Source: the human T2T-CHM13v2.0 reference genome, Homo sapiens
Strand: one strand, 5' to 3'
Length of the DNA stretch: 64,000 nucleotides
Assembly: GCF_009914755.1 (NCBI RefSeq)
Contig: NC_060947.1
A program made the translations under genes and the position numbers. Of this stretch, positions 1 through 21,222 are shown piece by piece (within the stretch, counting starts at the first letter, position 1; every line of letters starts with the position of its first letter). The notes beneath the pieces were generated by a model that was not told the DNA's origin, did not search any database, and saw only the letters and a program-made list of their open reading frames with translations.

Positions 1-377
1 TCTCTTTATTGCTGGTGTTAAGTGATTTGGTTACGTTATGTGTTATGTGTTGTAGTTTCTTTTTCTTTTTGATGTTTATTGTGCTTGAGATCCGTTGAGC
101 TCCTTGGGCATGTGGGTTTTAAATTTTCACCAAATTCGGAAAATTTTTTGCTCTTGTATCTTTAGATATTTTTCTGTGTCCTCTATACTTTCCACTCCTA
201 CCCCCATTCTAATTATATGTTTATCAGGATATCTGAAATTATTCTATCACTTACTGTGCTCTGTTCATTTTTTTTTCAGTCTTTTTCTTTGCTGTATCTC
301 GTTGTGGATTATTTGTATTGCGATGTCTTCAAGTTCACTAATAATTTTTTTCTTTTGCAGTGTCTAATCTTCTCTGC

Positions 378-919
<542 letters not shown>

Positions 920-1485
920 TAGGCTGTTTTATATTTTCCCTGTCTTTAACATGTTTATGTTTTTCTTTATTTTCTTGAGCATATGAAATACAGTTTGACT
1001 AATGCTGCTATTTGTATCATTTGTGATTAATTTTCTATTGGTTGATTTTTCTCATTGTGGGTTATAGTTTCTTGATTGTTCTCATGCCTGGTAACTTTTG
1101 TCTTTGATTCCTGGTACACACTCCTATTGTTCGCATCTACGTTCAATATTCCGGCCGCATGCTAGACAGTGAATTTTATCTCATTGCTTTCTGTATACTA
1201 TCATTTCATTTTAAGTATTTTTGAACTCTGTTCTGGGATGCAGTTAAATCACTTGGAAATAGTTTGATGCTTTTGAGGCTTGCTTTTAATTATACAAGCC
1301 TCTGGGAATAGAGCAACCTTTAGTCTTGGGCTAATGTTGCCCAGTGTGGAGGCAATATCCTTGTTAGGATTCTTTGGGATGCCACTTGTATTACAAGTTT
1401 TTCCACTTTGACTTGTGGGAGCACAACTGTGTTTGGTACTGTTTGAGCCATGTGGATATTTCCAGTGTTTGTTTTAGGTGGTCCT

Positions 1486-1486
<1 letters not shown>

Positions 1487-1532
<46 letters not shown>
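1487..1532. repeat. (TG)n microsatellite
   Basis: Uninterrupted TG dinucleotide run next to an Alu tail. Confidence 0.97.
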
Positions 1533-1534
<2 letters not shown>

Positions 1535-1537
1535 TAT

Positions 1538-1831
1538 GTATTTATTTATTTATTGAAACAGGGTCTTGCCCTGTTGGCTGGAGTGCAGTGGCACGATCAT
1601 GTCTCATTATAGCCTTTACCTTCCAAGCTCAAGCTGTGCTCCCACTTTGGCCTCCCAAATAGCTGGGACCACAGGTGTGTACCACCACGCCTGGCTAATT
1701 TTTAAATTTTTTGTAGCTATGGAGTCTCCCTATGTTGTCCAGGCTGATCTTGAACTCTTGACCTCAAGCGATCCTCCTGCCTTGGCCTCCCAAAGTGTTA
1801 GGATTACAGGCGTGAGCCACTGTGTCCAGCC
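1538..1831 (-). mobile_element. Alu (AluJ-like)
   Basis: Diverged antisense Alu ending ggattacaggcgtgagccactgtgtccagcc. Confidence 0.9.
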
Positions 1832-2893
1832 AATAGTTTATTTTAAGAAAATTTTTAAATTTTTATGGGTACATAGTAGGTGTATATATGAGATACATTA
1901 GATATTTTGATACAGGCCTACAATGTGTAATCGTATCCGGGTTCTAGGGTAATTTCTTTACCTCCATGTACTCATTTATTTGATGATTCAAGAGGGAGCC
2001 TGTGTAGAATCTCCAGAGTCCTCTCTCTGCAGCCCCCTTCTCTCTCACTTCCTACCTTGTGAACTCTAAACTGCCTTGGCGTACCCAGATTCCCAGTCCA
2101 TTTTTGCCTCTGGGAAACAGCACTTCTGCCTGCATTCCCCTACCTTTGCCTTTGTGTCGGAACTCTCTCCATGGAGTAAGCTGGAATAGTAGTAGGGGTC
2201 ACCTCGTTTGTCTCTCCTCTCTCAGAGATCAATGCCTTGTATTGTGTCTACTGTCTGAAAATGTTGTTTCACATATTCTGCTTGGTTTATTGGTTAATGT
2301 GGCTGGGTAAATCTGGTTCCCTTTTGGCCAGAAGCAGAAAGCCTTGATAAATTTTTAGTTTTGATTTTGTGTTTATTTAAAATCTGCTTATGCAGAGTAC
2401 TTTTTACAAAAGAACAATTCGTAATTTATCTTTACTGTAAGAATGTCCTATTTGCTTAAATTTGAATAGTATGTGACATAAAGTGTAATACACCATGAAA
2501 GGGAGTAAGGAATGGTATAGGAGTGAAAGGATCAAGTGCCACATAGAATAAGTGTCCTAATGCAAACACACGTATTTCTAGTTTTGAGGCCATAGATTTA
2601 ATTGTGGTTAATGCATGCTTCCATTCTGGCTTTCCACCTACATTCCATGGAACACTGTTGTCCCACTAGATTTTAATTGGTTTTTACAACAAACAGGGTT
2701 TCATGGACCACATGTATTTAGGACATTTCAGAGTAACGAAAATTAAATTTCGATTGCAGTGCTTTTCAAAATTAGTAATACACTAATGAATTCTGTGAAT
2801 CACCAGTGAAACAGTGTAGAGTTATCCAATCACTGGACTTCAGTGATCCTTTTCTGGAAATTCTTTAGAGGTAGGTTGTTATTAAGTGTTTAA

Positions 2894-3219
<326 letters not shown>

Positions 3220-3699
3220 AAGGATGTTTTAATACTGTTTAAATAAGATGTATTTAATTATCATGGGTTACTTACCTAAGCAGATTCAAGAGTTCATATA
3301 TTTAGTAAGCCTACTGATTCCTCTTGATGGCTGTTCAGGCTCCTTTCAGTCTTCTGTTAGTATAATCTTACATGTTATTTTATGAAATGCATACATTTAT
3401 ATATAGGATGAATTCTTAGAATTGCTTGATTAAAGGAGGATGATACGTATAATAGGACCATACATATATATGCATGCATTTGTATTTTTGATAGATATTG
3501 ACACTTTTTCTCCATTGAAATTATGTCATTTTGTTGTTACACCCCTTTGAAAGCCTCTGTTTAGAGACATTTGATAAATATTCTCTAGTTGCCCTCTAGT
3601 ATTATTCATTTGTTCTCCTACCACCTGTGTTTGAGTGTCTGCTTACCGTTCCTACCAAACTGTTTATTTCCATTTCTACCTAATAAGTTTTGAGGCAGT

Positions 3700-3905
3700 T
3701 TAGAATAGTAATGAAACATGTGGACTCTGGAGTTGTCTTTTTCCAATCCTTACTTGGCCAGTAATTGTGTCTCGGTTTCCCAGTCTGTAAAATGAGAGAA
3801 TAAATAGTTACCTTGCGCAAGGGCTGTTGTAATTAAATGAATTAATACATATGTAGCACTTAGTGTCTAGCTTATAATAGATGCCATGTAAGTATTGTCT
3901 ATTAT
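3700..3905 (+). mobile_element. MIR
   Basis: MIR core-like ctcggtttcccagtctgtaaaatgaga...gcacttag. Confidence 0.6.
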
Positions 3906-4111
3906 CATTGCATTTTAAAATTTCACTTACAGGGCTGCCTCCCACCCCCGTCATATTTACTGGCCAGTAATGTTTCTTTTTCTGTGAGTTGCAGTTAGTC
4001 TTTTCTTTAAATGTTAGCAAAGTAGTACATGCATATAGTTTAGAGTCAAAAAAATCCTATAAAGTTTACAAAAAGGGAGCCCTTATCTCCCTTCAGTAGA
4101 GACGCAACCTT

Positions 4112-4186
4112 CCTTTTTTATTTCCTGAATATTTTCAATATGCAGTTGGTTGAGTCCATGGATGCAAAACCCATTGATACGGAGGG
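4112..4186 (+). mobile_element. MER2 (Tigger-family) terminal fragment
   Basis: cctgaatattttcaat...ggatgcaaaacccattgatacggaggg resembles the end of the MER2 at 53228-53528. Confidence 0.6.
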
Positions 4187-5785
4187 AAAACTATATATAA
4201 AACAATAGCAATCTGAACATCAAATGACTAAAGGATAACATTATAGCTGCCTGAAGCTGCAGTGTTGGCAGGGGCAATCATAAGACTAGCTGGAGATTTT
4301 ACTTGGTAATCTGGGGAATGGAACAGCCATAGTAGACCTTGATAAGCTCCCACATATTCATGGGTGTCTGGAGAGCTGCACATGCTCAGGAGAGAGCAGA
4401 GAGGCCTCCAGCTGTCTACTCACCTGGCTCAATGTGCAGCTTTGCTCAAGCAGAAAGTAGAAGTCAGAACTGATTCATAAGCCACCTGAACTTTGAGTGG
4501 GGTCCAAACCAACACAGAGGGAGATGCTTTGGTAAAGGACAGAAGCCTTACTGGCACAATATGTTTAAACATAACCTCTTATTTATCATTAGCCGGTCAC
4601 CAAACTATACTGACCTAGGAGTGACTTCTAGAAAGCCAAGCTTAAAAATAAAAATTGAGGAAAAAGTAAAAAACAGAAGACAACTAACCAGAGACATCAG
4701 TGGTCATACACTATTGAGAAGACTATAGAAATAGTCCAGGCAAGTCTGTAAACAAACAGCAACCACAATAATCTGGGAGGTGTCAGGAGTCAGAATCTCG
4801 AGTTGTTATATTATGGAAAATGTACAATTTCAACAAAAGTTTTCGAGCCATGCAAAGAAACAGACTGAAAAAAAGCCTAGGGGACTATAAAGGAGACTAA
4901 AATGACAAGACAATACAATGCAAAACATAATTCCTAAAATGATTCTGTATTTAAAATACAACAGCTATAAAGAACACTATGGGAGAGTGAAGAAATTTTA
5001 ATATAGGCTACATAGTAGATAACAGTATAGTCAATGTTAAATTTCTGAAAAGTGATAACTACATTGTGGTTATTTTGGACAATGCCCTTGTTCTTAGGAA
5101 ATGCATGCTGGAGTACGTAGGTAACTTTCAAGTGAATTAGTAAAATAGAGAGGGAGTGTGTGCACACATGTGGCAAAATGTTAACAATTGGTGAATCTAG
5201 TGTATTACAGTTCCTTGTACTATCTTTTCAACTTTTCTGATGGCTTGATATTTTTCAAAATTAAAAATATCAGAAACAAACATCCGACGATGGGGGTTTA
5301 ATGAGATTCCAGTATGTAAAATATTCTAGAATGGCTGAAAATAATAAAATAGTAATATTTTTGATATCGGAGAGACCTTCAAGCAATGTATTAAAAAGGC
5401 AAGCTATTGAACATTGTTTACATTTTGTAAAAGCAGATACAACCGCAAACACATGCAGAAGCACTGGGACAAACTTTAACAGAAATTGATAATAATAAGG
5501 AGACGGGGAAAAGCTTTTGTTTTTTTGTTTCACATTATAGCTTTCTTCACTATTTGAATTTTCTACACATGTGCTACCTACCTTTTTATGTCAGCAGCAG
5601 TTATCTGGGTGGTAGTTGGGGGGCATTTTTTGTTTACTTTATACTTACGGGAATAAAAGAGAAAAGAAAAAGGAAGAGTGGATAAAGGGAATTCAGCAAA
5701 CCTCAAATGCACTTCTTAGTGAATACTTTCAAATACTTGTTCTATGCTTTCAGTACTATAACCTTCAAAGTCATTTTACTATATA

Positions 5786-6045
5786 TTTTTTTGAGACGGA
5801 GTGTCGCTCTGTCACCAGGCTGGAGTGCAGTGGCGCGAACTTGGCTCACTACAACGTCTGCCTCCTGGGTTCGAGTGATTCTCCTACCTCAGCCTCCCGA
5901 GTAGCTGAGACTACAGGTGCGCGCCACCACACCCAGCTAATTTTTTGTATTTTTAGTAGAGACAGGGTTTTACCATCTTGGCCGGGATGGTCTCAATCTC
6001 TTGACCTTGTGATCCACCCGCCTTGGCCTCCCAAAGTGCTGGGAT
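5786..6045 (-). mobile_element. Alu, slightly 5'-truncated, with 15-bp TSD
   Basis: TSD aagtcattttactat at 5768-5782 and 6046-6060. Confidence 0.93.
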
Positions 6046-6174
6046 AAGTCATTTTACTATGTTTTAAAAAGAAATGTCTAAGGGACTTTTTTTTTTTTTT
6101 TTTTCTTTGAAAGGGGTTGGGGAGATATTGTCATTGTTTTAAGTTCCTCTGTTTTGGAATTTGCTTCTCTCTGC

Positions 6175-7190
6175 CATTCTCAAGCAACCACTGATTGGCT
6201 TTCTACCACGTTAGATTAGTTTGCATTTTCTAAAGTTTTATTTAAATGGAATCATACAGTATGTATTCTTTTTGTCTGGCTTCTTTCAGCATAATTTATG
6301 AGATTCAGGCATGTTGTGTGCATCAATAATTTATTCCCCTTTATTGCTAAGTAGTAATTGAGCATATGGATATACCACAGATTATTCAGTTATTGATAGG
6401 TTGTTTCCAGTTTTTGGCTATTAAAAGAAAGCTGCTATGAACATTCTTGTATAAGTCTTTGTATGGACACGTATTTGTTTTTCTTTGGGTAAATACCTAG
6501 GAGTGGAGTGGTTGGATTGTATGGTGGGTATATGTTTAACTGAATAAACTCCCAAACTACTTTCTAAAGTGGTTGTACCATTTTAAATGCATTTCTACCA
6601 GCAGTGTATGAGAGTTCCAATTCTTCTACATTCTTGCCAACATTTGGTATGATTACTCTTTTTTAGACACTTTTTTTTTTTAACCTTTTAAGCTCAGGGG
6701 TACATGTACAGGATGTGTAGGTTTGTTACATAGGTAAACGTGTCATTGGGGCTGGTTGTACAGATTATTTCATTACCCAGGTGTTACACCTAGTATCGAT
6801 TAGTTATTTTTTCTGCTTCCGTCCCTCCAATTTTAGACATTCTAATGTGTGGTGTAGTAGTATCTCATCCTCATTTTGGTTTTAATTTGCATTACCCCTT
6901 GATGATGAGTGGTTTTTCATGTGCTTATCTGTCATTTGTATATCTTCTTTGGTGAGTACCTATTCAAATATTCTGCTTACTTTATAAAAATTATTTTTTT
7001 TCCTTTTTCCCCCTATTTTGAGAGTTCTTTATATATTCTAGATATAAGTGCTTGATCAGATAGATGCTTTGCAAATATTTTCTTCAGTTTGTGGCTTTGC
7101 TGTCATTCTCTTAACAGTATAATTTTTAAATTTTGATAAAGTCTAATTTATCATTTTTTCTCTGATGTATTGTGCTTTTGTGTTGAAACA
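6175..7190 (-). mobile_element. Old L1M 3' fragment with a nested short L1P 3' end (about 6671-6830)
   Basis: Antisense L1 ORF2-end/3'UTR motifs. The nested piece ttttaagctcaggggtacatgtacagg is flanked by ttttagaca at 6661-6669 and 6831-6839. Confidence 0.7.
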
Positions 7191-7841
7191 GAATATTAGT
7201 TTTTGTTTAGAATTCTATTTTTATAAATTTGATATTTTGTTCTAAACCTCCTGTAGATGAAAAGTACCATTTCACAAGTGAGACAGGTAATAGGCTTCTC
7301 TAAGTAGCTATATTCAGGATTTCACTATAGGAACTCTACCTTTTTACATGTTCTGTAAATTTTGGTTCATTGTCTGAAAAGGGTTGTTCTATTCAAGATA
7401 TACTCTTATTAAAATGTATTGGTTCTGTATTTGCCACAGTGCAGTTTACTACATGGTATCTTATAATTTACTCTTATTTGGAATTATACAAAATGATTTT
7501 CAGGGGTATGAAATAGTGTTAATTAAAGCTATTTTTAAAGTATTTTGGTTAAGTTGAAAGATACGCACTTTTAAAAATACATATGACTGTAGGTGTTCAT
7601 CTTTTGAAGCAATCTGAAAAATTATGGATAATCTCTTATGTACCTGGAATTAAAACAAATGCCACAAGCATGTATAACAAATGTAATACTAAACAGAAAA
7701 GTTTCTATCCCCATACCTCCAGTCTGAATAATATATGCCACCTTTACATTTGAATTTTTAATACTTTATTTTCTTATCTGAGGACCATCCCTCCCCTCCT
7801 TCATGTTTTGACCCTCTGCCTTATAAGCAGAAGACATTTAA

Positions 7842-8216
<375 letters not shown>

Positions 8217-8219
8217 TCC

Positions 8220-8720
8220 AAAGCAGGATCTCAAAGAGGTATTAATGTACCTATGTTCATTGTGACATTATTCAAAACAGCCAAGAGATGGAAACATCCC
8301 AAATGAGCATCAGCAGATGTGAATGGATAAGGAAAACGTGGCATATACATACAGTGAAATATTATGCAGCCCTTATAAGGAAATCCTGTCACATGCTACA
8401 GCATGGATGAACCTTGAGGACGTTATCCTAGATGAAATATGCCAGTCATAAAAGGACAAATACTGTATGGTTCTACTCATATGAAGCATCTAAAGTAGTC
8501 AAAATCATAGAAACAGGAAGTAGAAAGGTAGGTGTCAAGGGCTGGGGGGAGTTGTAAGAGAGGATTAGTGTTTGATGTGTATAGAATTTTACTTTTTCAA
8601 GTTAAAGTTCTAGAGATCTGTTGCGTAACAATGAATATACTTACACTGCTGAATTGCACACTTAAAAATGGTTAAGATTGTAAATTTAATATTAACAGGT
8701 TTTTAAAAATCACAATTAAA
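8220..8720 (+). mobile_element. L1M (L1MB-like) 3' end
   Basis: atggatgaaccttgaggacgttatcc...gccagtcataaaaggacaaatactgtatg...cacttaaaaatggttaag. Confidence 0.7.
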
Positions 8721-8925
8721 TGATACAGTGTGTCTGAGAATCCTATTTTAAAAATATCATCTTATTTGGTGTTCTTTTAGTTGGGGAACCTTGGAATCGA
8801 GAAATGGATGCCTGCTTGAACCTGCTGATTTGTCTTGAACTGAAGAGCTTGCTTGAATATTCCTGTGATATCTTTTAGATCATTGCTGTTTTAGCTAGAT
8901 TGCTGGTCCTGATTGCTCTAGGTAG

Positions 8926-9297
<372 letters not shown>

Positions 9298-9719
9298 TAG
9301 GCATGTGGCAGGTTGCTTATATTTTTCTTATATCTTAGTTGACTTTTAAAAAGCAACATAATTCATGATAGACTATGCTTGCATTCTTTAAAAACTTTTT
9401 TCTCCTTTCAGTTTCTTTGACATACCAAGGTCTCTTGATTTTTCACTTAACTGCCCTTTCTTTTTCTACCTACTTATTTCACTTAGTCCCACAGCTTTCT
9501 CCCCATTTAATTGTAAATATTTATTAAGCCCCTTATTCACATGTCTTATCTATGTATTGTTTTTCCTAATTTTTTTAAATTAAGAAAATGCTGGTACAGA
9601 ATTTAAAAAACAAACCTGGAGTGGTTCTATGAGACTTATCGTGAAAAACAGCAGTTTTTCGTAGTCTCAGAGGTGCTACCTTCAATGCATAGCTGTTACT
9701 TTGGTATTTGCTTCTGTAT

Positions 9720-10717
<998 letters not shown>

Positions 10718-12821
10718 CTTTGCTTTCTATTATAAAGGATAATGTCGATATTTTAAAATCATATTTTCCCATTTCTGTATCTTTTCAGTATAACAGCTTT
10801 AGTTAAATAAACAATGTTTACTATGTTATTGATGTTTCTAGTTAATAAGCCAAGAAATATTAAGATGTCTGTTTACTTTAAATAATTTCCCTAATGCTAA
10901 TCGCCTTTTATCATTTTATTGTTTTCTATAGGTTCCTATCACAAATTCTTGCCCAACAACTGTAAGAGTGCTTCTGGATATTTTTCCTTACTTTTGAAAT
11001 ATATAATCTATCAGTTCTGGTGAACTTCCTCATAATCCTTCCAGGTTCCCTCTTTGCTTTATATTTGGCATGCCATCATCTTTAGGGGAATGGGGCTTCA
11101 CTATTGACTAGTGTCGAGCTCTGTTTCTTGGATGCTTTGTTTTTCTGTGTTCTTCTACCCTCTTGATTGAGAGTTTGTCTGGTATTAAGTTGGAAATAAT
11201 TTTCCTTCAAAATTTTGAAATTACTGTTCTTTGTCTTCTGTGTTTGGGGTGGGCCATTTTGTATGTAATATGATTTTTATTTTAACTTTCTTCCTCCTCC
11301 AGTTTTAGGATTGTATCTATACCTGGTATTCTGAAAAATCATGGTAATGTGCCTTGGTCTGTCTGGAAACTTTCGTTCCTCCGGTCTGGGAAATGTATGT
11401 TGGATTAAGCTTTTCATTATTTGGTGTTAACTTCATGGGAAAAAATTAGGTTCTACTCTTTATTACCTATATCTGTTTGGTGAAATTACCAGTAGATAGC
11501 CTACGCCCATTAGAGGAATTTCTGATGATTTAGAATGGCAACCCTCCATGTGACTTGGGGATAGATCTATGAATGAGAATTAGAGAGAAGGGGAGGTGAT
11601 AGAGGCATACATGTTAGGGGTGGTGGTATGATATGAAGCAAGTGATTATGTAAATGTTAGAATTCTAGATAGGAGTAGATCCTATATAGATGAGTCAGGA
11701 AAAAAGAATCATTTTGGCATATTAGGCTTTATAAACCAATGCATGGAGCTAAGAAAAAAATGATATGTCTAGGGAACTGTTAAAGGGAAAGCAAGGATTT
11801 TGTAAGGGTGTTCGGTAGTGTTATATCACGGAGGTCCTTGGCATTTTCTCTTATTGTGGTGCAGGCCAGTAGTTCTCCATTGTTTTTACCCCCCTCTATT
11901 AGGATACATGCAGTACTTACTTGGCCTTTTCTGGGATTATGCACAATCCTAGAAAGCCAGGTCTTTCATTTAATGAAACATTCAAGAGGGTGATGTTATA
12001 GTGAATGCATACATATGTACACCTTAGTCGAAGTGATTTGTGGTACAGCATTTAAAATGTGTTCTTAAAGAAATCCGAAAATTGGTTTTGGAAAGAGCTA
12101 AATACACATACTTCTAGTAAGGCTTAGGGAGAGGGCAAAAGGGGAGCATAAATATAAAATATCAAGAATGAGAAAGGGATATATACACAGTTATAAATAG
12201 AATATGATGTACAGCCAAACTGTAATTAACTTCAGAGTCTTGATGAAATAGGTGGGTGGTGACAACAATACAAATTGTGAATTGTGATTCATAAAGTTCA
12301 CGGTGGCGATGGGTACAAGTTTTCAAAAATTCTGATTTTTCCTTAAAATCTTAAATTATGGTATGTATTCCTTTAATTCTTACAATAATCCGTTGGGGTA
12401 GTTGCTATAAAATCTTCCTGTTTTATAAAGCACAAAGAGATTAAGTGACTTGCCCAAGGCCAAACAGTACGAAGCTAAAATTCAAAACCTAGCCCGTCAG
12501 GTTTCAGAGTCTATCTACTACACTTAGCTCTCATGGCATTAAAAAAGGCAAAGCATTTGGATACTTTGGCACTATAAATATCATTAGTAACTGCAGTTGT
12601 CCGCTAGGGAACTCTAGGCTAAATAGTCATTCAGACAAGTAAGACCTGATCAGGTCGCGCTTGGCATCATATTGACATAGAAGGATATTGCGCAGGAAAC
12701 AGCATGCCAGCAGAGCAATGCCTTGCTCTTGCAGGATTCCTGGGGCTTATGTTTGGTCCATGAGTGACAGCTCAGGTATGTGAGAATGAGAATCACAAAG
12801 GTGGTTGCAGAGCTACTCTGG

Positions 12822-13165
12822 TGTATTAGTTTCCTCCTGTGGCTTCTGTAACAGATAACTATAAACTGGGTGATTGAAAACACAGAAATTTATTCTTTCA
12901 CAGTTGTAAAGGCTAAAAGTTTGAAATAAATGTGTTGGCAGGGCCATATTCCTGGAGGCTCCAGTGGAGAATCAGTTCCTTGCCTTTTTCCACCTTCTAG
13001 TGGCTGGTCTTAACATCACTGCCTACTTTGTGTGCCTGAAAACTCCTGCTATCTTATAAAAGGACACATACGATTGTATTTGGGGCCCACCCAGATAATG
13101 CAGGACAAGCGCCTCCTTTCAGGATCCTTATCTTAATCCCATCTTTTTACCAGATAAGGTAATAT
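12822..13165. mobile_element. MaLR LTR (MLT1-like)
   Basis: tgtattagtttcct...aaacacagaaatttattctttcacagtt...ggcccacccagataat are typical MLT1 motifs. Confidence 0.65.
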
Positions 13166-13430
13166 TTTTTTTTTCAGCCTACCATACTTGATTTAGAAAC
13201 ACCCTCCCTTGCCCCATCACCCCCAAATAGGAACCAATATCTTTTTTAACAGTTTTGTGGTCATACTTTCCATGTTTTCTCTATAGAGATATGCTCAGTT
13301 AAATAGTATTCTGAGGAAATCCCAAAGCTGTGGCATCCTAGCAGATATTTATAGTTCATTTGCAGTTCTCTGACTCTAGATTTATTTCATTAATCAGGGA
13401 TAATTTTCACCATAATCATTGTTACTACTA

Positions 13431-13750
13431 CAGGTTGAGTATCCCTTATCTGAAATGCTTGGGACCAGAAGTGTTTCGGATTTTGGAGTATTTGCATATG
13501 CACAAAGAGAGATCTTGGGGATGGAACGTTAAGTCTAAACATGAAATTCATTTATGTTTTACACGCACTTTATATACATAGCCTACAGGTAATTTTATAT
13601 AAGATTTTAAATAATTTTGTTAAACGAAATTTTGGCAGTGACCCATCAAGAGGCCAGGTGTGGAATTTTCCACTTGTGGCATCATGTCATTGCTCAAAAC
13701 ATTTTGGACTTAGCAGCATTTTGGATTTAGGATTAGGGATGCTTAGCCTG
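13431..13750. mobile_element. Tigger4/MER46-like MITE
   Basis: TIRs caggttgagtatccc / gggatgcttagcctg flanked by TA dinucleotides. Confidence 0.8.
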
Positions 13751-14144
13751 TAATACAACTGACATACAACCTTTATCAGGCTTTAGAAGTAAAGGATGCC
13801 AAGGTCAAATTTGTTCATAGAAGAGAAAGGTTTTGTTGACCCTTCGCAAATTATTTAGGATACACCATGATTACTATAGATTGCATTAGAACTTTTCATG
13901 ATTTACTGATACTATCCTAGGCCCTGGGAGTAGCAGTGAGTTTGATGATACATTGACCCTTTTTTTTTTTAAAGTGAGGATGTGGCATTATAAAATTTAT
14001 GTTTTAGATTTTGTAGATACTGAAATGATACTATAACCCTGAATAGTAGGGAGGAGATGTTTTCAATGGATTAGAGAAACATAAATTGTAATATTTTTGG
14101 TTAGGGGCAAATGGATTAACATGAAAGAAGGAACAGGAGAGTTA

Positions 14145-16873
<2,729 letters not shown>

Positions 16874-16903
16874 TACTATCAGTTATTACTGATGTCAACA
16901 AAC

Positions 16904-18185
<1,282 letters not shown>

Positions 18186-18192
18186 GACTTAG

Positions 18193-18618
<426 letters not shown>

Positions 18619-18879
18619 AATTCTGTACCAGTTTTAAACACAAGTTATCTTTAATGTTGTTACCCATGTATTTAACACCCCCCCTTTTTTGCTTGCCATT
18701 TCTTACTGCATCACTGACCTTCCTTTTGAGATATTTTTCTGCATGTGAGTCTGCTATATTTATATATCTGAAAATATTATTATCACACCTTCATGAGGTA
18801 TGCATTGAGAGGTTCTTTTTTTGAGGGGGTGGAATTCGAGCATATGAACTTCCAGTTCTACCACCATTTGTTGAAAGAC

Positions 18880-19172
18880 TTTTTTTTTTTTTGAGACAGA
18901 GTCTCACTCTGTCGCCCAGGCTGGAGTGCAGTGCCTGCAATCTCGGCTCACTGCAACCTCTGCCTCCTGGGTTCAAGCGATTCTCCTGCCTCAGCCTCCT
19001 GAGTAGCTGGGATTACAGGTGCGCGCCACCACGCCCAGCTAATTTTTGTATTTTTAGTAGAGACGGGGTTTCACCATGTTGGCCAGGATGGTCTTGATCT
19101 CTTGACCTCGTGATGCACCCGTGTTTGCTTCCCAAAGTGCTGGGATTACAGGTATGAGCCACCATGCCTGGC
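18880..19172 (-). mobile_element. Alu
   Basis: Poly(T) plus both arms. Confidence 0.92.
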
Positions 19173-19257
19173 TTTTCTGTTTTTTTAAGAAATTGTCTTT
19201 GCACATTGTCAAGAACCAGTTGGCTATATTTCTGAGGGTCAGTTTCTGGGTTCTCTG

Positions 19258-19307
19258 TCTTCTGTTGATCTGTATCTTCTGTTGATCTGTATCTTCTGTT
19301 GATCTGT
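19258..19307. repeat. 17-bp tandem repeat x3 (tcttctgttgatctgta) within an L1M
   Basis: Directly visible. Confidence 0.85.
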
Positions 19308-19986
19308 GTGTTTGTCTTTTCACGAATACCATACCGCCTTGATTGTTGTAGCTTACTGTATTAAGTCTTGAAATTAGGTAATATATATCCTCTGACTTTG
19401 TTCTTTTTCATAATTGTTTCGGCTATTCTAGTTCCTTTGCCTTTCTGCTTGCTGATACATACAAAAAAGGCTCACTGAGATTTTGATTATGATGGCCTTT
19501 ATATCTCTATATAAATATATATAAATAAAAATTAGGGGGGATTGATATTAACAATGAGTTTTCCACATGTAGATCCTGCACATATTTTGCTAGATTTATA
19601 CCTAAGTACTCCTTTCTTCCGGGGGTTGGGGCAGGTGTTACTGTAAATGTTTTTTTAAAATTTCAAATTCCAATTGTTCATTACTAGTATATTGGAATAT
19701 AATTGACTATTGTATATTCACCTTGAATATTACACTTATCGGTTCTAGTATTTAATTTCAACTTTTAACTTGCCACAGTCTACCTTCAAATAATATTTAC
19801 ACTATGTCATGTGTAGAATGGACTTTACAAGAGTATATACTTCATTTCTCTCATTGTGGTCTTTTGTATTGTCATACATTTTATATCCGTATATGTTGTA
19901 AACCTCACAGCACATTGTTACTATTTTTTGCTTTAAACAGTCTCATTTTAAAAAATAAACTCTTTTTGATGTATAATTTACATATA

Positions 19987-20336
19987 CCGGCATACCTTGG
20001 AGATATTGGGAGTTTGGTTTGGTTCCATACCACCGTAAGAAAGCAAATATTGCAGTACAGTGAGTCACACAATTTTTTTGGTCTCCTGGTCCATATAAAA
20101 GTTCTGTTTACACTATACTGTTGTCTCTTAAGTGTGTAATAACATTACATCTAAAAGAAGTGTATACCTTAATTGAAAAGCAATATTTTATTGCTAAAAA
20201 AAGTGTCAGCATTTTTTAGCAATAAAATATTGCTAAGCACATGCTGTTGGAAAACTGGTGCTGATAGACTTGCCACAAACCTTCAATTTGCAAAAATTTG
20301 CAATAAAGTGAAGTGCAATAAAATGAGGGATGCCTG
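19987..20336 (-). mobile_element. Internally deleted Tigger1 derivative (350 bp)
   Basis: Both ends present (ccggcataccttggagatatt... / ...caataaaatgagggatgcctg) and match the ends of the 39440-42759 copy. The interior is missing. Confidence 0.85.
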
Positions 20337-20864
20337 TTTGTAATTTCACTCATTTTATGTATTTGATATGTTTAGACACATGCATATACTATGTGATCTT
20401 TTGAGACTGGCTTCATTCACTCAGCATGTGTTCGAGATTGACCCATGTGTTACGTCAGTAGTTCATTCCTTTTTATTGCTAAATAGTATTCCATTGTATA
20501 GATGTATCACAGTTTGTTTATCCATTTATTCATTGAGGGATTATTTGGGTTATTTCCAATTTTCACTGATTATGAATAAAGCTGCTATAAACATTCATGT
20601 ATAGGTTTTGGTATGAGCATAACTTTAAACTTCTCTGGGTTATATATTTAGGAGTGGGATTGCTGAGTCATGTGGTAAATGTATGTTTAACTTTATATTT
20701 AACTGCCAATCTGTGTTCTGGAGTGACTGTAATATTTTGCATTCTCACCAGCAATGTATGAGAGTTCCACTTGTTCTGCATCCTCATTAACACTTGGTAT
20801 TGTCACTTTTTGAAAATTTTAACTATTCATATAGATAATATAGTGGTACCTCATTATGGTTTTA

Positions 20865-21222
<358 letters not shown>

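Noticed and set aside
8781-8921. Possible cryptic exon (ttttag|...|gtagcc)
   Set aside because: Weak donor, no recognisable coding similarity, and the donor overlaps an Alu TSD.
12647-12660. Palindrome GACCTGATCAGGTC resembling nuclear-receptor half-sites
   Set aside because: Half-sites are incomplete, and one such 14-bp palindrome in 64 kb is expected by chance.
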